Program-made: the position numbers and the translations under genes | Shown here: in pieces, positions 40,600 to 55,561 of the stretch | Numbering within the stretch: the first letter of the stretch is position 1 | Layout: each line of letters begins with the position of its first letter | Notes under the pieces: model-generated | The model's input: only the letters and a program-made list of their open reading frames with translations | Database searches by the model: none | What the model was told of the DNA's origin: nothing | NCBI GenBank assembly: GCA_951406725.2 | Contig: OX597820.1 | Span: 60,636,001 to 60,700,000 of the forward strand | Length of the DNA stretch: 64,000 nucleotides | Direction: 5' to 3' | From: Octopus vulgaris | Taxonomy: Eukaryota

Positions 40600-41440
40600 A
40601 GTCTTTTATTCTTTTGTTCTTCTATTCTTTCACTGGTTTCAGTCATTTGACTGTGGCCATGCTGGAGTACCGCTTTTAGTCGAACAAATCGACCCCAGGG
40701 ACTTATTCTTTGTAAGCCAAGTACGTATTCTATCAGCCACTTTTGCAGAACCGCTAAGTTGTGAAGCGATGGTGGGAGAACAAATACAGACACACAAACA
40801 TAGACATACATTTTCATATGGCCTACTTCCGGGTCTTTATCCTCTGAGTTCTACTAAAATTTTTGATTTGGTCCACTTCTGAGTCTTTATGTTCTGTGTT
40901 CAAATGTCATCGGGGTCGAATATGTCTTTCATTATTTTGGAATCGATAAAATAAATACCGGTTGAGTAATGGGGTCGATATAATCTACTTAGCTCTCATC
41001 CGAAATTGCTGGAATTGTGTCAGAATTTGAAATCAATATTAATGAAAATTAAGGCGGCGAACTGGCAGAATCGTAACCGCGCCGGACAAGATGCTTAGCG
41101 GCACTTCGTTCGTCTCTACGTTCTGAGTTCACATTCCGCCAAGGACGACCTTGCCTTTCATCCTTTTGCGGTCGATGAAATAAGTACCAGTTGAGTACTT
41201 GAGTCGAAGTAATCAACTTAGGCTCTCCCCGAAACTAACTGGCAGAATCATAACCGCGCCGGACAAAATGCTTAGCGGCACTTCGTTCGTCTCTACGTTC
41301 TGAGTTCACATTCCGCCAAGGACGACCTTGCCTTTCATCCTTTCGGGGTCGATGAAATAAGTACCAGTTGAGTACATGAGTCGAAGTAATTAAATTAGGC
41401 TCTCCCTGAAACTGCTGGCCACGTGCCAAAATTTGAAATC
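40600..41440. mobile_element. SINE cluster: family B (-, about 40620-40810) and tandem family A (+, about 40880-41440)
   Basis: 41061-41233 and 41239-41411 are near-identical tandem units. Confidence 0.8.
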
Positions 41441-41620
41441 AAAATCAGCGAAAATTTACAGTAACAACATACAGAATAGAATGTGTCTCTATTTCAACTT
41501 TGTTTCTGATTCCCACCTTTGGATATTTTACAGATTCCGATGACATCTACTCTTAATCATGAAATATTTATAATTATATAACAAAAAGTCTGAATAAATC
41601 TTGTTTAAAAATGCATGTTA

Positions 41621-41829
41621 CGAGGGGCTGCTGAAAAGTTCCTGGCTTTAAGGGTGTCGCGAAAGGCTTGGTTGGAGGCCCAAGTTCTTTTATAGAACTT
41701 AGAAAAACTGAAAGGCCACAGCAATAAGTGTGTGAATCTAAAGGGAGAATATGTTGAATAAAATCATGATGAACTGATCCAACTGTATTGTCTTTTGTCC
41801 AAAGCCAGAAACTTTTCGGCATCCTCACG
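41621..41829 (+). mobile_element. Mariner-derived MITE, copy 2
   Basis: TA-CGAGGGGCTGCTGAAAAGTTCCTGGCTTT / AAAGCCAGAAACTTTTCGGCATCCTCACG-TA; NKCVNLKGEYVE* remnant. Confidence 0.85.
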
Positions 41830-42368
41830 TATGTTAAAATATTAGCTCTTAGCTTATAATGATTTAGTGATAATATTTCGAGCTTAATATCTATTTCAAC
41901 ATTGATCAAAAGCGAAATCTTGCTACGTTTGACATTAGAAGAACGGATGTTTGCATGCTGTTGGGGAGAAAAGGGTAGAGAGTGAATCTTTGACTGCGAG
42001 AGAAAAACGTTGTCTTCTTCCTTGAAGTACAACCTGAAATATCATTTTCTACTTCCCGTCGCAGTGTATGTATAACTTTACTCTCAACTCACAATCATCA
42101 TTAAATTTCTTTTGTCAACACAAACTCAGTGTTTCATACATCTCCACTCACCCACACCATCAATCAATCAATGCATCCATGCACACACACACACACACAC
42201 ACACATACATACATACAGCGGGCTTCTTTTAGTTTTCGTCTACTAAAATACACTCACAAGGGGTTGATCGGCCCAAGGTTATTGTAGAAGACACTTGCCT
42301 AAGGTACCAGGCGGTGGGACTGAACCCGGAACCATGTGGTTGAGAGGCAAACTTCATACCACTCAGCT

Positions 42369-42430
<62 letters not shown>

Positions 42431-42484
42431 TATATGCATATATGTATGTATGCATATATACATGTATTTATGTTTATATATATG

Positions 42485-42531
<47 letters not shown>

Positions 42532-43081
42532 GTGTGTATGTATGTATGTATAAATTTAAATAATAAGGGTAAAAGTTGTTATAAATTAAATTAATATCAA
42601 TTTAAACTAGTGGCCTAGCATATTGAAAAAATCTGAAGATTCAGAAAATTATATTACATACATATGAGAGGATTGACCACTAGGTGGATTCCGGCTTCGG
42701 TGCGCCAAAACGAAAACATTTGAAATATACCCCCAAATATAATTGATAGAACTGTATGCATGTTCTCTCTCGGGAGGACGTCTCGTGTATAGATCTACGA
42801 ATTATATTTTCCATGACGGTCACACTGAGGATTTGCAGACATTTACGTATTGTAAATGGTAACAATGAAACCTAAGTATGTGACTAATCACTATATTTTG
42901 TATCTTTCTATTTGTCTTGCTCGCTTTACGTTCTGGCGCTTGCCAAATTTTCTTGAGAACAATTTTTCTTAGTGGTCAGACCATATGGGGGTCTACCTTT
43001 AGTATATTAGGAATCCGCCTAGTGGTCATTCCTCTTATATATATGTGATATATATATGTATATATATATATATATATGTAT

Positions 43082-43115
<34 letters not shown>

Positions 43116-43229
43116 GTATACATATATATGTGTGTATGTATGTATTATATATATGTATATATATGTATATATATATGTGTGTGTGTATATATATATATGT
43201 ATGTATATATATATCTATATATATATATA

Positions 43230-43327
<98 letters not shown>

Positions 43328-43351
43328 AGGTATCATTTATATGTATTATAT

Positions 43352-43701
43352 TCAGGAGTTCATTCCCACTGCGTAGCACCTTGGGTAAGTGTCTTCTACT
43401 ATAGCCTCGGGCCGACCAAAGCCTTGTGAGTGGATTTAGTAGACGGAAACTGAAAGAAGCCTGTCGTATATATGTATAAATATATATGTATGTGTGTGTA
43501 TATGTTTGTGTGTCTGTGTTTGTCTCCCCAACATCACTTCACAACCGATGGTGGTGTGTTTACGTCCCCGTAACTTAGTAGTTCGGCAAAAGAGACCGAT
43601 AGAATAAGAACTAGGCTTCCAAAGTCCTGGGGTCGATCTGCTCGACTAAAGATGGTGCTCCAGCATGGCCGCAGTCAAATGACTGAAACAAGTAAAAGAG
43701 T
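43352..43701 (+). mobile_element. SINE family B
   Basis: Homology to 20779-21224. Confidence 0.9.
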
Positions 43702-46700
43702 AATCTCATTTATACGCTCATTATCATACGCACGTACAAATATATGTGTACATATCTGAGCACAAATGTGTTTGTGTATGTTTATACTTTGTTTGAAAGT
43801 ACGTTTGATTTAACATGGACCCTTAATCCAAGTATTATTAATACGAAAGTATTTGCTATTGTTGTTGTAACCTCTGGAGTGAACCCGGATCCTGCTGACC
43901 TACGCTGAAGAGCAATTTCAACCACAACAGCATTGCTTTTCTATTTGGTAGGGGTGGCAGTAGGCTTGGCAGTATATCTGGTACTAGCCATGTCTAAGGC
44001 TTGCATGTTTTAAAGCGTCTTTGTTGATTAAGATGATGTGAGTTAAAGAAGATTTGGTTACTATTTTTAGCAGGCCGAGCGACCACAAAGAATCTACCTG
44101 ACGCAGTGCAGGTTATAAAAAGCTTTAGGTCTTATAGATTAGTGTCTTGACTGCATTTAGTTTTGTTTGTTCTGAATCAAGTGTTATTTGAATCGATTTC
44201 GTCTTTTATACCACGTAAATATATTAAAGAAATTATTATAATATATTGATCTGCACCTCACCCGCTAGCTCCACACTATGAAAATTTGTATTGTGAAAAA
44301 GATCGATCCTTGTATAATACTTTTGATTCACTACATTATGTAAGATAAACCAAATGACTCTGCACCAGCTTCGGCGTTGAGGCTCAATTGTTCGATAAAC
44401 TTCATTGCCTGCTCATTGTATAAACATCAGTGGTCGACTATGGCACAGACACGTGTATCGTTAATGCAATCATACGATAGAATTAATATTATACAGTGTG
44501 ACAAGGCTGTAGCTTTGAATTGCATGTACAATCCAACTGATGGGCTTCTGCACAGTTTCCACGTCCCCAGTTTCACTCATAAGACCTGCATCAAACTGAG
44601 GCATTGTTAAAAGATAATCGCTCTAGATGTCACGTAGTGAAATCGAGCTTGGGATCGTGAAGTTAACTTTTTAACCGGTTTAGTTAAGCTACGTCCAGGT
44701 TGCTTTATGCACGTTAACTTTAAATTTCTGCTAAACCACCACCCACCTATAGCAAGTAATGATAATTTCTTGGACAGGTACAAGGATTGGAAATACGAGG
44801 GAGGAGTTAGTTGATGCCATTTACTCAGTATTCAATAGTACTTTTTTTTATTAACTTCGAATGTATGCAATGTAACGAGGATCCTGTAGGAATTTGAACT
44901 AAAAAAAACAGAGAACTATAAAAAGTAATAATGATTTCAAATTTTGGCATAAGGACACCTTGATTGTTGGCTTCTGGCATCGAGGATGTGATTTCTCTCA
45001 CTATCCTACAAGCTACAATAGACGGTATACTCTGGAGACAGTAATCTCTGGGACTTGCTGTTATTGATAGTTCTGCCGTAAAAAGCTCTTCGTCTTTCGC
45101 TGCCTTTCCAGCTCCTCTGGGTTGAAAACCCAGAAGTGAACCGTAATTTCTTCCAACTAGACTTGCTTTCTGTTCCATTATTCTTATCACCTTTTTCTCG
45201 ACAACCGTGACGGCGGTAGCTCTGAGATTATTTAGTCGTCTTTGGGTGAGGAAAGGGTCATCAGGACATGTCTATACAGACTCCTTCCCAACCGCATATC
45301 ATTCCTCGTCATTTCGGCGCTCACCCACCTTCCCTTTTTGTGTTGCAATTATGACGAGTCAAGTATTATCCATGTTGCTTCCAGTATCCTTTGTCTGATG
45401 CTTGATCCTGAGTCATGTATTATGGCACGAAACCGAGGGAAGGTCCAGGTTTTTCGGGCACCAGTTGAGCCTGCTGTTTTGCGTTGATCTCTGGTTTGAA
45501 CACCAGAAACATACTTCCATGTGCTTAGATCGTGCCACACATCACGTAAAGGTTCATTTATCTATTCATTTGAAAGAATGTGGAAACCCTTTCTAGACTT
45601 CACGAATTCATAATTCAGAACGCGAGGAACCAGAACAAATTTCGCAAAGCCTTTTCGTTGCTGTTGTAACAATTCTACAACTATTTTATCGACCTCGAAA
45701 GTATGAAAGACAAAGTTCTCCTCGGCTGACGAGATTTGAACGCAAAGAGCCAGAGCGAGACATTTTGTCCAACACTCTGACAACCCTGCCGTGCTCGTCG
45801 TTTTACTTTGTTCTCCATCCAATGCCACCACCTTCTTGCACTAACACTTCATACTTCCCCCTTCGAAGCCGTTCGATGAACTCCACACATTGACCAAGTC
45901 TCCTTCGAAGGCCTATCAAAAGCCCCTCTCGTTTCCGAGCAGATGAGCTCCGTTTCTTTCCCCTTAACTCTTTCTTAATCCAGCAGGGAGGAAGAATATA
46001 TTTATGACATATCTCTCATTTCTATTTCTTTTAGAACCAAAGGTTTCTTCTAACATATCTCTTCTGCTGATTATATTAGCAAAACTTATGTTGATACGAT
46101 CCCCGCCATTCAAATTTTGGTCATTGTTAATGACCATTTCCACAAAGATAGTAGTTTCTAAAATTATCGCTTTTTTGTGTATTTACTTCCAGAGAGCAAA
46201 TATCTGATAGTTTGTTTAATTCTATTCTGTTATCTTTTCCTCTATTTTACATATCTATTAAACTTTTGGGGGCGTATCCCACTTCCTCTACCATTAGCAC
46301 TATGAATGCCATGTTTACAATGTGTGAAAAATTATCAACTAAAATTTTTTTTAATGTCTTTTCCTTTCCTCAACATGCAGAAATAGACATCTCACATCCA
46401 CCTCTATGCTACAGGTCTGTAAGATACGACGCAAAAACAATCCAACTTTGTAAGGAAGTGGATCATACTTTCAGAACTCACGCATTTCGCAGTAGGCATG
46501 TTTACTGCAGGCAAAAATTTGAAAGGATATTATATCTGGTCCTTAATTTTTCTTTTCTAAATGCTTTATATATGCAAGTCGGATGTAGCTTTAAGGAAAT
46601 AACTTTGCATCTACATGGTTTCAGGTTTGGTTTAATAGCGCGACATTTTGGACCAATGCTTAGCAAGTGCAATTGGTATGCGAAAACTTTACTATGGAAG

Positions 46701-47333
46701 CTCGTCGTGGGCTCCCTTCTATTTTAACTCCTTTCCTCTTTTCTTCCTCTGATCAGTCTTTCTTGGACTTTACTTTGTTATCCGATGGAAGGTTATGTCT
46801 CAAAAGTTATATTCCTTCTTTGAATGTCAACATTGTATTAACTGCAAACGTCTCTTGTACTGTTGTTGATCTTTGTATTTGCTTTGCTCTCTCTCTCTCT
46901 TTCTCTCTCCCTCCCCCTCTCTATCCCTCACCACCCCTCTCTCCCTCCCTCTCATATATATATATATATTTATACACACACACATATATTTACGTATACG
47001 TGTGTGTGCGTGTGTGTATGTATGTAGGTAAATATACAGAAATAATGGGTATTTGTTTATCAAAGGCTCACAGCAGTTTCGGATATGCGTTTTGGTGCGT
47101 TCATTGGTTCAGCCTTATCAATCGACAGAGAATACAGGCAACTTAAAACAATCTAGTGGTTCCTTGTATTTTCTGTTGATCAAATTGATCGCCAACAATT
47201 CACATAGACATGAACAACAACGTAAACGTAAGCATAGACACTCACTAACAACATAATGCCCCACCTCTATCTCTTTATTTCCTTTGTGTGTGTGTGCGCG
47301 CGTGTGAGTGTGTGTGTATAAAACGCAAAACAG

Positions 47334-47435
<102 letters not shown>

Positions 47436-47651
47436 GTATATATATATAAAATATGTATGTATATGTATGTATGTATGTGTATGTATGTATATTTATATAG
47501 TTATTATTTTAAAGCAAGTTTAAATATACCAACAGAATGTCTTTTGAGAGGAGAACTTTAGTAACGAATGTAGAGTCAAGTCTATTATAAAATTCGCTTT
47601 GACTGTGGTATCAAGTATCTTCCAACGGTTTTTTCAATAAATCATTAGGCC

Positions 47652-47712
<61 letters not shown>

Positions 47713-47826
47713 TATATCTGTAAAAGTAATATGTGACAATTATTCGGTCGCCATGATAAAACTCCGAATTTTGGATGCCGAGGTGGAAATCCACGCCGCT
47801 ATCTCTTCAGTTATCTGACCATCGGA

Positions 47827-47857
<31 letters not shown>

Positions 47858-47863
<6 letters not shown>

Positions 47864-48187
47864 TGACAAGGTATAATAATGGTCATTACATATTTTCCTT
47901 TACTGCTGTAAAATTGACTTACGGCTGTTTCTAGTATTCATTATAGGTTCATTATTGACAGATTCATTCAAACAGTCCATTGATAGGTAGAGAAAAATTG
48001 AACGACTCCGATGAAAGCATTCATTTTTTTTTTAAATCGTTCAATTCTTGTCAACAGATGAAGGGACCGATTAAATAAAACTATAAATAACGAACCTATA
48101 ATGGCAACTGGAAACAGGTGTAAGTAAAATTTACTGCAATGAAGGAAAGAAATGTAATGACTGTTATTTATACCTTGTCTCGTGTAT
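47858..48187. repeat. Old imperfect inverted repeat (about 150-bp arms) next to (TA)n
   Basis: GACAAGGTATAATAATGGTCATTACAT / ATGTAATGACTGTTATTTATACCTTGTC and ATTATAGGTTC / GAACCTATAAT pair. Confidence 0.7.
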
Positions 48188-48370
48188 CACTCCGAGTGAT
48201 ATAACTGGAGTTGAACCACAGATTTACAATATAGAAAAGTGATGTATAATCTCGGACCCGGCTCCAAGAATACGCGGAGTTCTTTCACTAATCTAAATAT
48301 TGTTAGCCCCTGGTGTACTAACAGAAACTTATGATGAAGTATTTTGCTCGGAGTGATAACCCATTACTAA

Positions 48371-48900
<530 letters not shown>

Positions 48901-48994
48901 TGATTATCGTGCTGAAATGGTATTTGCCACAGACATGTTGGCGATGCTCTTCTCTTTTTCCATTCCATGCTGTGTTTGTACTTAAGTTTTAACT

Positions 48995-49046
<52 letters not shown>

Positions 49047-49846
49047 TTGTATATACACACACATACAGGTTCAATTTCTATACCATCTCCGCCTAGCAAA
49101 TTTCAGTCACAACGTACTACTCAAACGGGAGCTATACTAGAAGACACTTGCCCAATCCACTGCGAAGGTTAAGTCTAATAGAACCAGAAACTATATGATT
49201 GATAAGCGAACTTCTTAATTACAGATCCATGTCTGTGTGAGTAAGGTATGCCTGTATCTTTCGTTGATTGCATATCAGCAAAGTATATAAAGGTCAATGA
49301 ATGATATAAATACATAAACGAAAGAATGGAAACTTGTACCTTTACGAACAAAGTGGCAATAGTTGTTCGCCACTGAGTAATAGACATTCTCTAGTCACCC
49401 ACACTACGAAGAATACATCGAATCTGTTACTGACTTGTAGAAAATCTGAAAACAATGATGTTACATATAATATAATATATAATATATAATACATAAACAC
49501 ACACACACACTTTGATATTTTTACTTGATTCAATCATTAGACTGCGGCCATGGTGGGACACCATCTTGATCAGTTTTGTCGAAAAAAGTCGCCCCTCCCA
49601 GTACTTACGTTAGCGGTCTCTTTTACCAAACGAGGACGTAAACAAACCAACACTAGTTGTCAAGCGGTGAGAGAGACATACACAAATGCAAACACAAAGA
49701 CACCCACGCATATATATATATATGTGTAAAAAGTAAAAAATATATACAAACTGGGACAAGAACGTGAAACACCTAGAAGACGACACAAGAACCACAGGAC
49801 GGGACATTCGAAGCCCTCAGTCATCAGTCAAGAACCGGATCATCTT

Positions 49847-49889
<43 letters not shown>

Positions 49890-49929
49890 CTTTCAGTTTC
49901 AATTAAATATTAATATTTGATAATTTTTC

Positions 49930-50260
49930 ACATTTTGGGACAAAGCAAGCAATTTTAGGTGGGGAGACAAATCGATTATATCTATACCTATTTCTTTATT
50001 ACCCACAAGGGGCTAAACATAGAGGGGACAAACAAAGACATACATAGGTATTAAGTCGATTACATCGACCCCAGTGCGTAACTGGTACTTAACTTATAGG
50101 CCCCGAAAGGATGAAAGGCAAAGTCGACCTCGGCGGAATTTGAACTCGATGAAAGGCAAAGTTGACCTCTGCGGCATTTGAACTTAGGTCGTAAAGAGCC
50201 GGAAGAAATGCTTTTAAACACTTTATTCGGCGCACTAACGATTCTGCTAGTTCGCCACCT
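49930..50260 (-). mobile_element. Rearranged family-A SINE composite
   Basis: Duplicated GATGAAAGGCAAAGT(C/T)GACCTC segment; both tail types present. Confidence 0.8.
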
Positions 50261-51379
50261 CAAAAAGTATATAATAATAAAAATTTGAATATCGTTTTAA
50301 AGTGGGGGAAAGTCATTCTAATCGAAGACACGATCGTGGTTCGGACGAGATATAAATATTACTGGTTTGTCAGGACTCAAAATGAAAAAAAAAAAAAAAA
50401 GATAAAAAGGAAAGAAGAAGTCAATAAGTTTCACAAGTGAAGTTCGAGTGTATTGTTTGGAAATCAGAATTAATTAAGGTGTTGGAGGTAAAGATTTGCT
50501 TGAGAGCCACCGGATGGTAAAGATGGAAAAGGTGAGTAATAAAACTTAAAGTAAATAATAAAGAATGAGAAAGAAAGAGATAGATAGAGAGATAGAGAGA
50601 AAGGTGGGAGAAGGTGGGAGCAGAGGGGACAGCGAAAGTTGACAATTATGTGACGAGATTGTTCTATAACGAGTATGGCTACAGTAGCACGTGTATTATT
50701 ATTATTATTATTATGGTCGAAGCAAGTATATCTACACATACGCACATATGTGGAAAGGAATTGTTCAATCTGTGTAACGTGAGGGGGAAAAAGCGAGAGG
50801 TCGAGTTACCGAAGGGGATAAGAGTAGTAGGCAGAGCCAAGTGACATAGGAAGTGGGTAGAAAGGGGGAAAGAGAGGTAATGACGGAAAAGGCAGCAACA
50901 AATTAACATGCATGAATTTGCTAGCGCAATCATATTGAAGGGATACACACATATACAGATGATTAGCAGGAAAAAAAAAAGGAAGGGATGGATGAATGAA
51001 GGAGAGGAAATGTCAAATAAAGAAGGGGACAGTAAATTAGGTGCTTAAACGTAAAGGAATAATTTTTAGATACTTTCATAGATGGTAGGGGGATTTAGAA
51101 AGTGGTCTCTTCGTTAATTAACGCTCTCCTTTTTCTTCTCTTTCTCTGTTGTATCAAAAGCTCGTTCATTCGTTGAAGGCTGTGAATATATCGATGTATC
51201 ATACGACCCCTGATAACTGTAGCGTACGATTGTGCGCCCTGCAAAACAAATAAATTTCTAGGTGAAGCGAATAAAAGTGTCTTTACAAGATGTTGTTAAC
51301 AAATGGATTATTTTTATGAGCGTTTGCCCTTTAATCATATGCTAACGTCTATTCTCAATTGAAATGTAGTCATTGGGGG

Positions 51380-51490
51380 CTTATTCCAATTGATACATGA
51401 TTGCTCACCAATTACGACCAGCCATGGGCCACCTATGAACAATGATCTCAGATACCATATAAATTCTCCATTCAGAAAACATTGCCAGTC
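51380..51490 (+). promoter_or_regulatory. Putative Gsx core promoter
   Basis: CCAAT at about 51386 and 51408, SOX-like AACAATG at about 51438, TATAAA 51458-51463, Inr-like CCAGTC at about 51485; followed by about 700 nt of AT-rich leader up to the ATG. Confidence 0.5.
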
Positions 51491-52193
51491 TAGGGTTAGA
51501 CTTTAAATTGAACTCAGGTCTACAGACTAGGATATAATGAGAAATTAGTCCAACAACATAACACTGATTGCTCCGACACTGACCCGTTCACATATCACTC
51601 GGCTTAAATTTAATTTTCATTATCATTGTTATTACCATTATTATCTATATCCTACAGACAGGCTACCTGATAAACTGATGAAATCAAACGCAATGAATTT
51701 TTATTATAGGTACATCTATAATTTAATATATTCATATACATGATATATCAGCACTTATATATTTTTAATTAATATTATAAATTTAGTTGGTACTCAGTCA
51801 ATATTACTTACAAGTTACAAACATGGAAAGATAAGGGCAGACACTTTTATAACAAAATAACTCCAACTGATTTTTATTTATTTTAATATTTATCACAAGA
51901 CAAACACTAACTATTTAAAACATTTCTTTTTATCAACTGAATTTCAAATTATATTATTGAACAATATTCGCTGTGATAAAACATCTACAAATTAAAAGAA
52001 AACTCAATATTGAAAATTTTTTAAAATAACAATATATTTATAAATATATTTCAATATAAATATATACCATAAACATATCTTTAAATATACACATATACCC
52101 ATATACAAAGACAATTATCCATATTTATACATATATTTATATATTAAAATATTTCTGTTTTGAAAACACATCTAACAAAAATCTCTAGCCAAA

Positions 52194-52671
52194 ATGTCTC
52201 GATCATTCCTTGTTGATTCCTTAATTTTGAAGAAACCGAAAGTAACTGAAAATGGTGGTAATAGTCAAGCAGGAAATACACACCCCAGTCACCAGAGTCC
52301 CTCTATTCACGGTCGTGGGTCGCCATCATCTATTTGTCCATCGAGGTTGTCCTCGACAACTCAACCACTAACGTGTTACCCGCGACATCCATCTGATGTA
52401 TTGGGATTCTGCTGTCCCCTCTGCATTCACACACCTCATCATTCTGTCGGTCAAGTGCTTGCAGGTCATACAACGGGTCTGGCAAGTGTCAAACCCTTGG
52501 GGGACATAGTAACTACAAGTTCGTCCTTGGTCGGAACTATACCAACCACCCTCCCATCACACCACAGACAGATAGACATGCTATCGAACCAGTTACCCCA
52601 TTTCCAACAAACCTCCAGTTTGCCAACTTACAGACCTACAGAACCAAGGCCAATCGGTTACATGAATTTAG
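52194..52671 (+). CDS. Gsx: Gsx (GS homeobox / ind, ParaHox) coding exon 1
   Basis: AAAATG start; N-terminal MSRSFLVDSLI (Gsx SNAG/eh1-like motif) and CCPLC motif; phase-1 donor G|GTGAGT at 52671/52672. Confidence 0.95.
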
Positions 52672-52820
52672 GTGAGTATTAATATTATTTATGTATTCTT
52701 TCTGCCAATCAGCCCATACCTCTTTTATGCCCTTCATAAGGTCTACTAGCAGCTAAGTCAGTGAGTATTACGACCATTCAAATATCTCTCTTAGTATGTA
52801 CATGTGTATACATGCATACA

Positions 52821-52874
<54 letters not shown>

Positions 52875-52885
52875 TAGATAGATAC

Positions 52886-52919
<34 letters not shown>

Positions 52920-53043
52920 TATACACATATACACATATACATATATTATACAAGTGAGTAGACAAACGAAAGAAGGGCATTCAACACATTATTTGTTTAC
53001 ATGTATAGATCAAGACAGTTTGATTCAAAATCGAACTGTTTTG

Positions 53044-53125
<82 letters not shown>

Positions 53126-53627
53126 AGGCGTTATACACTATCTAACATCCATGTATATGTGAATGCACGTATTCTCGTGCCCTCCCACGCGTATAATAGT
53201 TATATACACTTTTAACTCTGTCACTGCTACTATCATTATCAATAACTGCTCTGTCACACGACCTACACTCAAACTAAACAACAATAACAGTCGCAACAAC
53301 GATGATAGACACTTTACAGGAACAAAATTAATAACATTAATTTAATCAAAGTAGGCTCAGTATATGTCTAATCAGATATTCTTACTCCTTACATTTTTCC
53401 AGTTATGGTATAAATTTATTATATATTAATTTCAGTACTTGATTTAATCCTATAGATTCTATAACTGAACACACACACGCACACACATGAATATATATTA
53501 TGCAGCAATTAGTTTTAAGAGTCAACAGTCACTTCAATAGATTATACGTGTTGTAAAAATGTTTTACATCCTATCAAAACACACGGAAACGGACACACAC
53601 ACACACACACCCACACACACACACACA

Positions 53628-53659
<32 letters not shown>

Positions 53660-54245
53660 AATTTGCATACGTTCATATATTATGTTAAACATACTGAATA
53701 GGGATGCCTTTTTGCCTTCTAATTACGTATATAACTGTTTCTAATTTCTTATCCTAATTAATAGCAAATAAATTATTGACGCACTAATTTACATTCTATT
53801 GGCATATAATGAAGATGATGCTGATGTTGATAGTAGTAGTAGCAGTAGAAGTAGTAGTAGTAGTTATTAATAATAATAATGATAATAATAATAATAATAA
53901 TTACATAATTATAATTTAAAATATTGTTATTACAATAGATTATTTTGTCTTCAACAATATATTGTAGTAACAATATTTTAAATCATAGTTAGGTGTGATT
54001 GCAATTATATTATAGAATAATTAATTTCCATTCTATTCATATATACTAGCAAAATTATTATTGAAATATGAATTTACATAATATTCTAATATAACAGTAA
54101 ATATTTTAAAAAAATACAATTTTAAATTCAAATGGCGGATAATATTTTACATTGATGTATTCCATATGCTTATCTATATGAGCTTTGAATTCATGTACTC
54201 GCGCGGGTGTCCATGTGTGTGTATACATATATACATACATACATT

Positions 54246-54299
<54 letters not shown>

Positions 54300-55398
54300 G
54301 AGATAGATATAGATACATGGATATATAGATATATTTATATATACATATGTACACACACACACATACACACACAAATATATAATGTAAATCAATAGTACCG
54401 ATTGCAATGAAATTACTTTTGAAGTGAAACATATTAAAATGTTATTAACATTAAATTGCATATGAAATTATTAAAATAAATTTCTACATAACGCGTGTTG
54501 TCAGAATTTAGTAATATATAGGCATGTGTACCAAAGGAATAAAATGAGTGAAAAATGTATATAATACATACATACATACATACATACATACATACATACA
54601 TACATACATACATACATACATACATACATACGTACGTACATACATACATACATACATACATACATACATACATACACACATACATACATACATACATACA
54701 TACATACACACATACATACATAATACATACATACATGCATGCATATATAGACTTATATTGTCGACGAATGCTCGAAATGAGGAGTAGATAGACAGTCGAC
54801 AACTGATGAAGGGTCCTTTCTCTGTGTTTACTTGTCCTGTTTTCCATTTTTTCTTGTTGTTTACATATTTCATCACCTTAGGTGATGTCCTGTACCCATA
54901 TATGCATGTATATGCATGTATATATATACATATATATATGTATGTATGTATATATTACTTGATCTTCAAATAAATAATAAATAATAAACAATAATAATAA
55001 TAATAATAATAATGATAACATCAACAAAAAATTTGATACTTTAGCATAGAATAGTTATCTATTTAATATCAAAGTAATAACAATTTAAATAGCTGTAATC
55101 TACTTTTTTCAAATAATTTTTTAAAATATAATTCTTAAACCAATGTAGTTTGAAGTTAATTAAAAGTCAAGCAGTTTGCATTGATTTTCTTGGCTTAAAG
55201 TCAGCATCACCAGACTGTGTGAGATAGTGTGGAATGTAGAGGATTCAGTAATCAAGCTGAGATTAGGTACAATAGTTCATCTTTTGAACAGTCTCTGTTT
55301 AATTCAGCTTGCATATAGTTTAAACATGTATTGAATAATGTAAATATGTAATTAATAATTAATATATATATTTGTTTTTTTTAACCTTTTTTCCATAG

Positions 55399-55467
55399 TT
55401 TTCGGTGAAATCCCTGCCAAGTCTAAGTACCTAGCGCCAGAAATCAGTGACAGTGAAGCCAGTCAAA
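55399..55467 (+). CDS. Gsx: Gsx candidate internal exon, 69 nt, phase 1-1 (VFGEIPAKSKYLAPEISDSEASQ)
   Basis: TTAAC branch-like motif, pyrimidine tract and CATAG acceptor; A|GTAAGT donor; stop-free in the required frame; GC-richer than flanks. Confidence 0.8.
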
Positions 55468-55497
55468 GTAAGTAACAAAACATTTATTTCAAAGCAT

Positions 55498-55561
<64 letters not shown>

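Noticed and set aside
44960-46560. Possible LINE ORF1 or host exons (also 26230-27540 and 11830-12300)
   Set aside because: Probably old TE sequence, but I could not identify a diagnostic motif
52672-52682. End of ORF 52194-52682 (GEY*)
   Set aside because: Runs past the GTGAGT donor into intron 1
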